42,500 nucleotides of DNA from Patescibacteria group bacterium (GTDB lineage Bacteria; Patescibacteriota; Gracilibacteria; BD1-5; UBA6164), in NCBI GenBank assembly GCA_965656795.1, contig CBFHLZ010000002.1:1-42500 (forward strand), given 5' to 3'. The position numbers were made by a program, and so were the translations under genes. A model generated the notes under the pieces. That model was given only the letters and a program-made list of their open reading frames with translations. It made no database searches and was not told where the DNA came from. Of this stretch, positions 24,363-34,434 are shown piece after piece. Within the stretch, counting starts at the first letter, position 1. The number at the start of each line of letters is the position of its first letter.

Positions 24363-24764
24363 ATGAATAAATTTGCAGGAACACTTACTTTTACAGGTGA
24401 AGTAGAGGTAAACAAAATCCAAGATAAACATTTAGTCGTAAAATCTCAAGACTCTGAATATACAACTATATTTTTACTTGGAAATACAAGATATGAAACA
24501 AGCGAAGAACTTATAAAATCATATAATATTTGAGAACTCTATGCATACGATATTTCTATTTCTACAGAAGATAATATGACAATTCTCAATAATGAAATTG
24601 ATAAAGAAGGTTTATATGAAGTAGCTAGTTTCGAATCATCTGAAGCTGATTTACGTGATATTATCGAAAGATTTCAAGACTCATTTGAGGTTATGTGTGT
24701 TAGAGAAGCAGAAGAATCAGAAAAATTTGGAAACAGAATAATCAAAGCAGATTTTATTTATTAA
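24363..24764 (+). CDS. hypothetical acidic protein
   Basis: 133-codon ORF with a single in-frame TGA. Track ORF 24576-24764 is its C-terminal part. Confidence 0.5.
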
Positions 24765-24775
24765 AAAATCTTTTC

Positions 24776-25846
24776 ATGAATTTACATATTCACCTTTGAA
24801 CAAACTTAGAATATTTTGACCTATTAAATAAGGGATATCTACTATCGCAAGGAAAAGCCGATAGAGATGTTGCTGGTTTTTTTATGCAAAATTTTCCAGG
24901 GGAATTAGCAGAAACTATTTCTCCACAGTATGAAGTAAATTTTATGTGAATTAGAGAAATAAAAAAGAAAATTTGAAAAGATGCTTTTAATAAAATTGAT
25001 GGAATTTATTATGGTTCAGATAATTGTGAATACTTATCAGTCTATGAATATGAAATAAAAAAAGCTATAGAAAAATTTCAAGAATTTAATAAAAATTATC
25101 CTCCTCATAAAACCAGAAAATTCACACTGGTAACTCCATATGTAGGGGATAGAATGCTTGTAGAATTAGAAAAATCTTTAGAATTTCTCAATGAATTAAA
25201 TATAAAAAACCCAATAGAAATAGTCGTAAATGATTTTGGTGTTTTAAGGCTTTTAGAAAAAAAATATACAAACCTAAAACCTATTTTTTGAAGAGTGATT
25301 CACAAAATATTAAAAACTCCACTTATTGATACTTTTTGATATGAAGCCCATCCAGCTGGAGAAAAAATAAAAAATAAATCGCAGCAAGAAAAACTTTCTT
25401 TGAGAGCTGAAATAGTAAAATGGCAAATGAAATTTTATAATTCAAGTGAAGTTTCTTTAGAGTTATTTAGAAATTTTTTAGAAAAATATTGAGTAGAAAG
25501 AGTTGCATTAGACTTTATGGAAAAAAGAGAAGATTTATTTGATAATTCTCGTTTTTGAAATGTTGGAATAGATTTGTACTATCCATGGGCTTTGATTTTC
25601 ACGGGAAGACTTTGTGATACATCTGCAATCGAAAATCCTAGTAGATGAATGTATGCAACTGATGATATTTGTCCTAGAACCTGTAATAGATATGATGTTT
25701 CGTATAAAATAAAAACTACGGATTATCATATGATTCAAAGAGGAAATGCAGGGTATAGAAGTGAATTAAACCTAGATTTTTTATCAGATGATTTTATGAA
25801 AAATACTAATAATAGACTCGTATTTGCTCCATTCATATCTGTATAA
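24776..25846 (+). CDS. hypothetical protein, possibly a divergent U32-family (peptidase-like TIM barrel) member
   Basis: 356 codons. The order of blocks (GIYYGSDNCE, IEIVVNDFGVLRLL, GVERVALDF, FTGRLC, CPRTCNRYD) parallels U32 proteins. The family assignment is weak. Confidence 0.45.
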
Positions 25847-25884
25847 AATTATAAATAGTTTGGCTTTTCAAACTATTATTCAAG

Positions 25885-25919
25885 AAAAAAAATAATATTC
25901 GGTTGAATATTATTTTTTG
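25885..25919 (+). terminator. rho-independent terminator
   Basis: AATAATATTC-GGTT-GAATATTATT followed by a T-run. Confidence 0.7.
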
Positions 25920-25974
25920 TTTTATATACTCATGACTACTTAATATTAGGTACAACAAAAAAAGGAAAAACATT

Positions 25975-26289
25975 ATGGCAAATTCAACTGGAGTTCGCTG
26001 CGAAAAAATTAAAACTTTATTATCTATTCATCCACTAGTTGACTCTAGTCAACTTAAAGGTTCGGTGATTAATATTGATAATTTAGAAGTAGATTTACAA
26101 GATGATTTAGAAAAATTTTCTTGTGATATGCCTATTATCAGGCAAAATAAATGTGAGTTAATTATTTATTTTTCTTGTTGTACAAAACAAGAAATTATAA
26201 AAATTTCAGCAAAAATGCTTGATTTAGGACATCTAGAGATTGTTCGAAGTGACGTACTAAATTGTATCAGCACTCAAGTAGTTGCATAA
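25975..26289 (+). CDS. small Cys-containing orphan protein
   Basis: 104-aa ORF with no TGA, AAGGA upstream of the ATG, and its own terminator at 26297-26325. Confidence 0.55.
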   Translation: MANSTGVRCEKIKTLLSIHPLVDSSQLKGSVINIDNLEVDLQDDLEKFSCDMPIIRQNKCELIIYFSCCTKQEIIKISAKMLDLGHLEIVRSDVLNCISTQVVA

Positions 26290-26296
26290 TATAGAT

Positions 26297-26325
26297 AAAA
26301 AAACCTTGCTCTCGCAAGGTTTTTT
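26297..26325 (+). terminator. rho-independent terminator
   Basis: AACCTTGC-TCTC-GCAAGGTT followed by a T-run. Confidence 0.7.
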
Positions 26326-26406
26326 GCTTTTTTCTTGCATAATTTATAAAATAAATTATATTTAACAATACAAAATATATAGCACAACTTATTGGAATAT
26401 TTAAAA

Positions 26407-26745
26407 ATGCTACAAGAAGTTCAAGAGGTAGCAAGGAATGCGTTTACAAAAGAGATTTTGTTCAACATTTTAAAAGATGTAGAACAAAGGTATAAAAAGA
26501 TGATTGGTAATCATTATCAATTAAAAATTGGTTTTGAATTATTAGATTCATCTCAACAATATGAAGTAGAACAACTTAGTTTATATCAAATTGATGAAAA
26601 AGCTAGTACAGTTATACTTCATACAAAACTTCATAGTTTTGAAATACATGTGAGAGATCCACAAACATTAGCAAGATTACTTGTACGAGAGTACAATGTA
26701 TTGTCTTGTATTGACGAAATTAAAAATCCAGATAGTTATTTATAA
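26407..26745 (+). CDS. small orphan protein
   Basis: 112 aa from ATG 26407 (TTG 26392 is possible). No TGA. The stop is embedded in hairpin CCAGATAGTTAT-TTA-TAACTATCTGG. Confidence 0.5.
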   Translation: MLQEVQEVARNAFTKEILFNILKDVEQRYKKMIGNHYQLKIGFELLDSSQQYEVEQLSLYQIDEKASTVILHTKLHSFEIHVRDPQTLARLLVREYNVLSCIDEIKNPDSYL

Positions 26746-26762
26746 CTATCTGGATTATTTTT

Positions 26763-27605
26763 TTATTGATTTTTAAAATCAGCTTCATCGAATAATAAAT
26801 CAAGTGCTTTAAGTGCTTCTACTCATCCATTATTTGGAATAATCACGTAAGCATCTTTTATAATTGCTTCTTTGTTGTTGATTAAAACATCAAGTAAGTT
26901 TTTATTATATGCATTGAGATATTGGTATTCTCTTAAAAATTGATTGATATAAATAATATAGGTACGAGCAAAATAATATTTTTGTTTTTCCTCTAAATAT
27001 TCATCAATATTCTCTAAGCTCGCATCTTCATCATAATTATTAAAATCAACAGTAATTTTTTGTTTTATACTTTCAATTTTTTGATTAGAGACTTGCATTT
27101 GTTGTTCAAAAATATTTTTTTGTTCGAGTAATTTTTTGAGTTGATTATTTGTATTTGTATATCTATACTCAAGTTGAGAAATATATGCTTCTAACACATC
27201 TTTTTTATTTAAAGCATTTTCTATGAGGTTTTTTATGCTGGTTTGAAGTACGTTTCTATACTCTTGTACTGCAATCATATTTGCTCAAATTATATTATCA
27301 CGAGCTTTTTTTCTATCAAACATGGCTTCTTGTAAACTCATTACATCTTGATAAATTGTAGCTGGAAGTTCATTGATTAGTTTATGATTAGTTCATAAAT
27401 TTGTAGTGATAGCTACTCAAATACCTCAAAGATTTGAATTATTTACTCATTTAAACTGTTGCAGGTTTGATATATTTGGATTGATTTTTGATTGAGACTT
27501 TTCAAAACCATTTACAAAATAATACGAAATACCAAAAAATACTATTCCAAGTGAGCAACTCAAAATAAATACTTTTCCAATAAATCTTTTTAAATGTTTC
27601 GACAT
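26763..27605 (-). CDS. membrane-anchored coiled-coil protein, unknown function
   Basis: Track ORFs 27447-27635 and 26823-27278 join in frame through TGA codons. N-terminal TM helix (VFILSCSLGIVFFGISYYF). TAA at 26763-26765. Confidence 0.6.
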
Positions 27606-27657
27606 ATTCACTAAATTATATATAATTATTCCCAATTATTGTATCACAAAAAACGCT

Positions 27658-29574
27658 ATGAGGAAAATATTTTCTTTAATTTTTTCATTATTTATCATTT
27701 TTATTCAAATTCAGAGTGTTTTTTGATATCAAAAACCTGAAATTATTTCTCGTGAGCAGTGGTGAGCAGATGAAGAATATAGATATTTAGATTCTACATA
27801 TTGGGAAGAAATTATTGAAAAAAATAAAATCCAACAAAAAAACCTTACTCAAGCACAAAAAGATTATGCTCAAAAACAAGCAGAAAAAAATAAAAATATA
27901 AATAACTACCTCAATATTCATTTTAATGATTATTTAGGAAATACAATTATTTCAAAAAAAGAAAATAATAGACCTTTAGCTTGGAATATTGCTCATTCGG
28001 ATAAAATATATTGAATTGTAGTCCATCATACTGCCACACCAGATATCTATGAAAGTGACGAACAAGCAGTCCAAAGAATATATAAATTTCATGCACTTAC
28101 GCGTGAGTGGTGAGATGTATGATATAATTTTCTGATTTGAAAAAATGGAAAAATATATGAATGAAGAGCTGGTTGAGAAACAACAGTTGCAGCACATGAT
28201 AAGTGGAATAATATTTGAAATATTTGAATTTCATTGATTTGAGATTACTCACATGATGAAATAAATCTAGAGCAACAAAAAGCACTCAAAGAACTTATGT
28301 CATATCTGATTCAAAAGTATAATATTGATTTGAATGCCTGAAATTATTTTCATAAAGAATGTTTAGCACAAGATTGTGAAAATCCAATTATTTCTGAAAA
28401 ACTTGATCCAATTATAGGTCACAGAGATGCTTGACATACAGATTGTCCAGGCGAAGAACTGTATGGACAAATGCAAGAAATTTCGTTTCAATTGAGAAAT
28501 GAGTTATGATTTAGTCTTATAAATACAGCGAAAATTAAAAAATCATTTCAAAATATTTCTCAAGATAAAATGAATAATTTATGGATAAAAATAGATAATT
28601 ATATAGAAAAACTTGATGAAAACAAACAAGAAGATTGGAAGAAAATAATGTATTATAAAGAAATTATTAAATATATTTCAAAAGAAAGTGAGTTTAAAAA
28701 AAAATATGACGTTTTCACACATAAAAATATAGAAAAAGAAAATATTAAAGTAAAATTATCTTATCCACATAGTGATTTTATTTCTATTTCAGATGGAAAT
28801 AAAAATATTGAAATTATAAAAGATGGAAATAAATTAATTGATTTTGCTACGAAAAAATCTGAAAAATTTTATTTCGTAAAATGAGAAAGAAAATATTTAG
28901 AAATAAAATCTTGGGAGAGAAAACCAGATTGGGATTCAAAAAATATATATAATGATAATAAATTTCGAGGAGATTTATTGGTATATATAAATGGCTGAAA
29001 ATTAACAGTAGTAAATATTTTACCTCTGTGAGATTATTTAAAATGATTATGAGAAGTTTCTAATACTGAAAACGAACATAAAGCAAAAACTATTTTTACT
29101 TCTGCTCGTACATATGCTTATTGGTATATGACTCAAGCAAGAAAATTTCCAGGTGAAATATATGATGCGAGTGATGATCCAAATGTCTTTCAAAAATATT
29201 TATGATATTCACTAGAAATGCGTAGTCCGAGACTTAATAAATTTCTTGATGAAACAAAAAATCAAATTATTTCATATAATTGAGAAATAATAAAACCTTG
29301 GTATTCGAGCCAAACTTCTGGAAAAACTTTGAGTTATTATGAATATTGTATACAAAATAATGAAGAAAATTTTTGTGAAGAAAATCAAAAAAAATATCCA
29401 TTTTTAGTTTGAGTACAAGATCCAGGTTCAACAGGAAAAACCCAATACTGACATTGAGTTTGAGTTTCTTGAGCTGGAGCTAAATATTTTTCAGATAAAT
29501 GATGGAATTATAATATGATTATTTGATATTATCTTCCTGGAGTGGAAATAAATTATTTACCAAAAAGAAGTTAA
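27658..29574 (+). CDS. secreted N-acetylmuramoyl-L-alanine amidase (Amidase_2/PGRP) fused to a SpoIID-like domain
   Basis: Signal peptide. Amidase_2 blocks IVVHHTAT, GYNFLIGKNGKIYEGR, IIGHRDAGHTDCPG. C-terminal SpoIID-like blocks (ARTYAYWY, FQKYLGY, WYSSQTSGKT, GHGVGVSGAGA). Confidence 0.8.
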
Positions 29575-29607
29575 ACATCATTGATTTTTTATAAATTCAC
29601 GGTAAAA

Positions 29608-29645
29608 TAAAAAGAATTGAAAATATATTTTCAATTCTTTTTTTA
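29608..29645 (+). terminator. rho-independent terminator
   Basis: AAGAATTGAAAATA/TATTTTCAATTCTT stem followed by a T-run. Confidence 0.7.
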
Positions 29646-29669
29646 TTATAAAAAAAGAAAAAAAATAAT

Positions 29670-29711
29670 AATCCATCCCCCTTCGGGTACTACCTTTGAA
29701 AAAGGAAGGTG
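29670..29711 (+). repeat. GC-rich palindromic element copy 2 (intergenic, upstream of uvrB)
   Basis: AATCCATCCCCCTTCGGGTACTACCTTTGAAAAAGGAAGGTG. Shares the 11-mer AATCCATCCCC, GGTACT and the CCTTTGA..AAAGGAA hairpin with 4362-4407. Confidence 0.55.
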
Positions 29712-29760
29712 AAATAGAAAGAAATAAAATTAATAAAAAATAATTAAATATAAAAAAAAC

Positions 29761-31920
29761 ATGTCAGAAAAATTTGAATTAGTTTCAAAATATTCTCCAG
29801 CTGGAGATCAAGGTGAAGCGATTAAAGAAATAAATAAAAACCTCAAAAATAAAGAAAAATTTCAAACTCTTTGGTGAGTAACCGGTTCAGGAAAAACTTT
29901 TACAATGGCAAATATTATCAAAGATGTAAATAAACCAACTTTGATTATTGCGCATAATAAAACTCTTGCTGCACAACTGGCGAATGAATTTAAAGAGTTT
30001 TTCCCAAATAATTCGGTGCATTATTTTGTGAGTTACTATGACTATTACCAACCAGAAGCGTATGTAGCAAAAACTGATACTTATATAGAAAAAGAATCTA
30101 CTATCAATGAAGAAATTGATAGACTTCGTCATGCTGCTACTCAAGATTTACTCACGAGAAAAGATGTTATTATTGTTGCATCTGTTTCTTGTATCTACGG
30201 TATTTGAGATATTTCTATGTATTTAGAACAAGTTTTTGATATAAAAGTAGGTCAAGAATATGTGATGGAAGATTTGCTTAATAGATTAGTTTCTATTCAA
30301 TATTCTCGTAGTGGAGCTGACTTTAAACCAGGAAATTTTCAAGTTATGTGAGACTTACTCGAAATATTTCCAGCCAGCAGTGAAACAGTTATTTCTATAG
30401 AATTTTGGTGAGATGAAGTGACTCAAATCACGAGTAGAAATTATCTCACAGGAGAAATTTATGAATATTTACAACACACGACTATTTTTCCTGCCAAACA
30501 TACTGTTACAACAAAAGATAGAATACTAGAAATAGTCCCAAAAATAAAAAAAGATCTCGATGAAAGACTCGCTTTTTTCAAAGAAAATTGAGATGTTTTG
30601 AAATATGAAAGACTCAAAGCAAAAGTAGAATATGATCTTGAAATGATGCAAGAAGTTGGGTATGTAAATGGGATAGAAAATTATTCAGCATATTTAGATG
30701 GAAGACAACCATGAGAATCTCCAGCTACTTTGATCGATTATTTTGGAGATGATTTTTTATGTATGGTGGATGAATCACACATGACTTTTTCTCAAATTTG
30801 AGGAATGTATGCAGGGGATAGAGCCAGAAAAACAAATCTTGTTGAAAATGGTTTTAGACTCCCGAGTGCGATGGAAAATAGACCTTTGCAATTTAGTGAA
30901 TTTGAATGAAAAATGTCTCAAATGATTGCAGTTTCAGCAACTCCGAGCGCATATGAAATAGAAAAAAGTTGTGACGATCCTCAAGAATTTTTTGATTTTG
31001 ATCCAACTCATGGAGAAAAATGGGTTCCAAATGAAAATAAAAGAGTTGTTCCTCAATTGATTCGTCCAACAGGTTTACTCGATCCAGAAATCGAACTAAA
31101 ACCTATGGATTTTATGGTGGATGATATTATGAAACATATTTCTGAGATAGTAGAATTATGAGAAAGAATGTTAATCACTACCGTAACAAAACGTTCGAGT
31201 GAAGAACTCACTGATTATTTAGTTGAAAATGGAGTAAAAGTAAAATATCTTCATAGTGAGGTTGATACACTCGAAAGACTTGATATTTTAAAAGACTTGA
31301 GAATGTGAGTGATTGATGTAATTGTATGAGTGAATCTCCTCAGAGAATGACTTGATCTACCTGAAGTTTCTAGAATTGCTATTTTAGATGCAGATAAACA
31401 AGGGTTTTTGCGTAGTGAATCAGCACTTATTCAAATTATTGGGAGAGCAGCGAGAAATGCAAAATGAAAAGTATTTATGTATGTTCAACAACTCAAAAAC
31501 TTTGAATATTCAGCTCAAGATGGTGCTATTTTAAAATCAGCTGAAAAAAATAGAGTCTTAGATGAAGAAGAACCAGGAATGTTTCGTGTGGATAAAGCAA
31601 AATTTTGTAATACAGATGGATTGATGATATCTCAAGCAATGAAAAAAGCTATTTGATTAACGTATTATAGAAGAAATTTACAAAAAGCACACAATGAAAA
31701 AACATGAATGCAAGCAACAACTGTTTTTTCCAAAATAAAAGATATGTGAATTAATACAAAAGATAAAGATTATGCGGTATTAGATAAAAAATCAGTTGAA
31801 AAAGAATTATCAAAACTCGAACTTGAAATGGATATTGCTTCGGCAAATATGGAATATGAAAAAGCTGCTGAAATAAGAGATCAAATTTTGGAATTAAAAA
31901 AATGAAAAAGAAAATTATAA
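29761..31920 (+). CDS. uvrB: excinuclease ABC subunit B
   Basis: [13 protein letters not shown] Walker A (first Gly by TGA 29875-29877), [22 protein letters not shown], and a C-terminal UVR motif ([11 protein letters not shown]). Confidence 0.95.
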
Positions 31921-31956
31921 AAAAATATTTTCTCAATTGAGAAAATATTTTTTTTA
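31920..31956. terminator. bidirectional terminator
   Basis: AAATATTTTCTC-AATT-GAGAAAATATTT flanked by an A-run and a T-run. Confidence 0.7.
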
Positions 31957-31960
31957 TGTT

Positions 31961-32914
31961 TTAATTTCTTTCAAAAAGAAATTGTCCATCAAATCATTTT
32001 GTTTGTTTTTCTAGTAGTTTGAAATTATGCCCTTCAAGTAAGTTCACAAATCCATCAACTCAAAATCTATATACTTGAATTAATTTAATACTATAACCTG
32101 GTAAAAATACTATATTATAATTTTTAATATCAATACTTACTTTTTTATTAAATTTGAAGTAAAAACTAAATTGAAGTGCTTCACTTTCAGTATGCTCAGA
32201 TGACTCTAGAATTATTTCACCATCACTTGGGTTAATTCAATCACTAATAATTTTATTGAGTAGAAATTTTTTCTTATCATTTTCATCAGAAAGATATTTT
32301 TTATATATTTCAAATAATTTTAAATCATCTTCTACTTTTTTTCACTTTCTAATTCAAATATCTATCCAAATTTTATCATTTTCATCTAATATATTATATA
32401 AAATATTTATTATTTTTGTATATTTTATATTCCCAAATGTCCCACCAAAAAATGCAAATACTTTTCTGTCGTAGTTTTTACATAAATTATTTATCTCACT
32501 TTTAAATTCATCTGAACCGAAATCAGCTCTAAGAAATTTTTTATTATTTTTTAACTCCTTAAGGTTTTCAACTGACATATCAATCATTTGAGTTGAAGTA
32601 TCTACTCAGATGTAATCAACTGTGTATTCATCTGAAAGATTGCTCATAATATATTTTTCAGTTTCAGAATTTCCACAACCTAAGCTAATAAAAATTGTTT
32701 TTTCTTCTTTCTTAAATGTTTTTTTAGAAAAATCTAAAAAGTCGTCATTACTTAAAATATCTTTATTTGTGTACGTTTGATTTTTAGAATTATAATATGC
32801 TGATCAACCGTCTCCAGAATATAATAACCATTGATCAATTTCTTCATTTTCATATCAATTAATCAATTGTCTTTGATACATTGGGTCAGAAATGGTATTG
32901 TAAATTTGAGTCAT
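31961..32914 (-). CDS. EgtD-like (Methyltransf_33-type) SAM-dependent methyltransferase
   Basis: 318 codons. FISLGCGNSETEKYI (motif I), YIGVDTS and FAFFGGTFGNI follow the EgtD block order (LGSGTSEKT / FDVD / FLGSTIGN). Track ORF 32354-32587 is in frame. Confidence 0.55.
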
Positions 32915-32925
32915 AATAAGGTGAT

Positions 32926-33813
32926 TTATAAGCTAAATGAATAAGTATCTCAGATTTCGAGTTTGATTTCGTTGTTCATAACTTGTCATTTTTTGAAACG
33001 AAACATAAAAGCAAAATAATCATGTTCTCACGATTCTATTGAAAGAGTTTCAATTTTATCATTTATATTTGGTGTTTTTAAAAGTTCATCTAAAACTTCA
33101 CGATTATTTATTTTCCAAGTTACATTTGCTGTGTTTTGATAAACACTATCAAAACATTCATTTGAAAAATTACTGAATGTAACACTGATAAGATAATCTT
33201 TGAGTTTTTTATATTCACAAATATCTAATTTTTTACAATGTGTAGATAAATTATCTTCAGCCTGTTGAATAGAATCTATATTTTTATAATCGATGACCAT
33301 TTCTAGTGGTGAAAATATAGCTTGAGTTTCAAAAGCCATTCTCACTTGTTTATTATCTTTGAGATTATTGATTGTTTTGAGATTATCATCTCTATCAGCA
33401 AGTTTGAGTAAAAAAACTTTTATATCTTTTGTCCCACCATATAAAAATTTATCTATTTTTCTTTCAAAAACTATATCTGATTTATAGAGTTGTTTTGTAT
33501 TTTTTGTAACTGCGTCAACCATGAAACCTATTTTATCTCAAAATTTTTCATAAATTTCGTTGATTTCAATATTTTCATTGTCTTCGACAGTATCGTGAAG
33601 TAATCAAGCAGCGACTAAATCTATATTTCCAAATTTATGGTATAAATCTATTGCTACAGCTAAGGGGTGAATGAAATAATCTTCACCGGATTTTCTTTTT
33701 TGACCTAAATGAGCTTGGTATGCAAAATCATATGCAAGCTGTAACTTCTGTTTTTGTTGCTCATCAACTGAGTCACAAATATCTGAAAACTTGTGGGATA
33801 ATTCTCAATACAT
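32926..33813 (-). CDS. stand-alone Rel/SpoT-type HD hydrolase (small alarmone hydrolase-like) with unknown C-terminal domain
   Basis: QKRKSGEDYFIHPLAVA...AAGLLHDTVED, MVDAVTK and LKLADRDDNLKT match the Rel hydrolase domain. About 150 extra C-terminal residues have no motif. Lies 11 nt upstream of the methyltransferase. Confidence 0.75.
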
Positions 33814-33931
33814 ACTATATTTAGTTAAAAAAAAGGCTACTTGTAACTATAGCAGAAAAATATTTTATATCAAGTTTAATATTAAGTATTTTTAGATTAT
33901 AATTATTTTATTTTTAGAAAATAAAAGTTTC

Positions 33932-33959
33932 TTTACATTCAAAAAAAAAACTATATATT
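33932..33959 (+). promoter_or_regulatory. candidate sigma70-type promoter of ssrA
   Basis: TTTACA (33932-33937), 16-nt spacer, TATATT (33954-33959), 8 nt before the tmRNA 5' GGGG. Confidence 0.4.
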
Positions 33960-33967
33960 ACTCTTGC

Positions 33968-34434
33968 GGGGCTAATCTTGGTTTCTATTAGGAGAATTGT
34001 CCGTCTTATATGCTATCTGGGAGGTGTTTGTGACTTCCATAATCAATCATAAACAAACATAAATGCAAAAAATAGAATTGCAGGAGGTTTAAAAGCTTTT
34101 ACTAAAGCTCCTTCATTTACGTTAGCTAACGCAGCGTAATAGTCTCGCTCCACAAAAGAGAGTTTTAGAGACGTAGCCTTCCCAAGGGATGATGACATTT
34201 GTCTGCTACACATTTTTAGAAAATTTTAACGAGAGAAGTTTCTAAAAATTATTAAATTCCCGTCTTGTAGGATCGAGTATGATTTTGTTTTGTACCTACG
34301 AGTATTAATAAATATAATCTTTATATACACTTTTTGTTTGTTCTCTATGTATATAAATATCAAAATAAACTATGATAGTAGAAGTATTTGACTGGCCTCT
34401 TAAGACATGGGTTCAAATCCCATTAGCTCCACCA
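33968..34434 (+). ncRNA. ssrA: tmRNA (SsrA)
   Basis: 5' GGGGCTA pairs with 3' TAGCTCC-ACCA (G3:U70). T arm GGGTTCAAATCCC. Tag ORF 34065-34136 = AKNRIAGGLKAFTKAPSFTLANAA, followed by TAA TAG. Confidence 0.9.
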
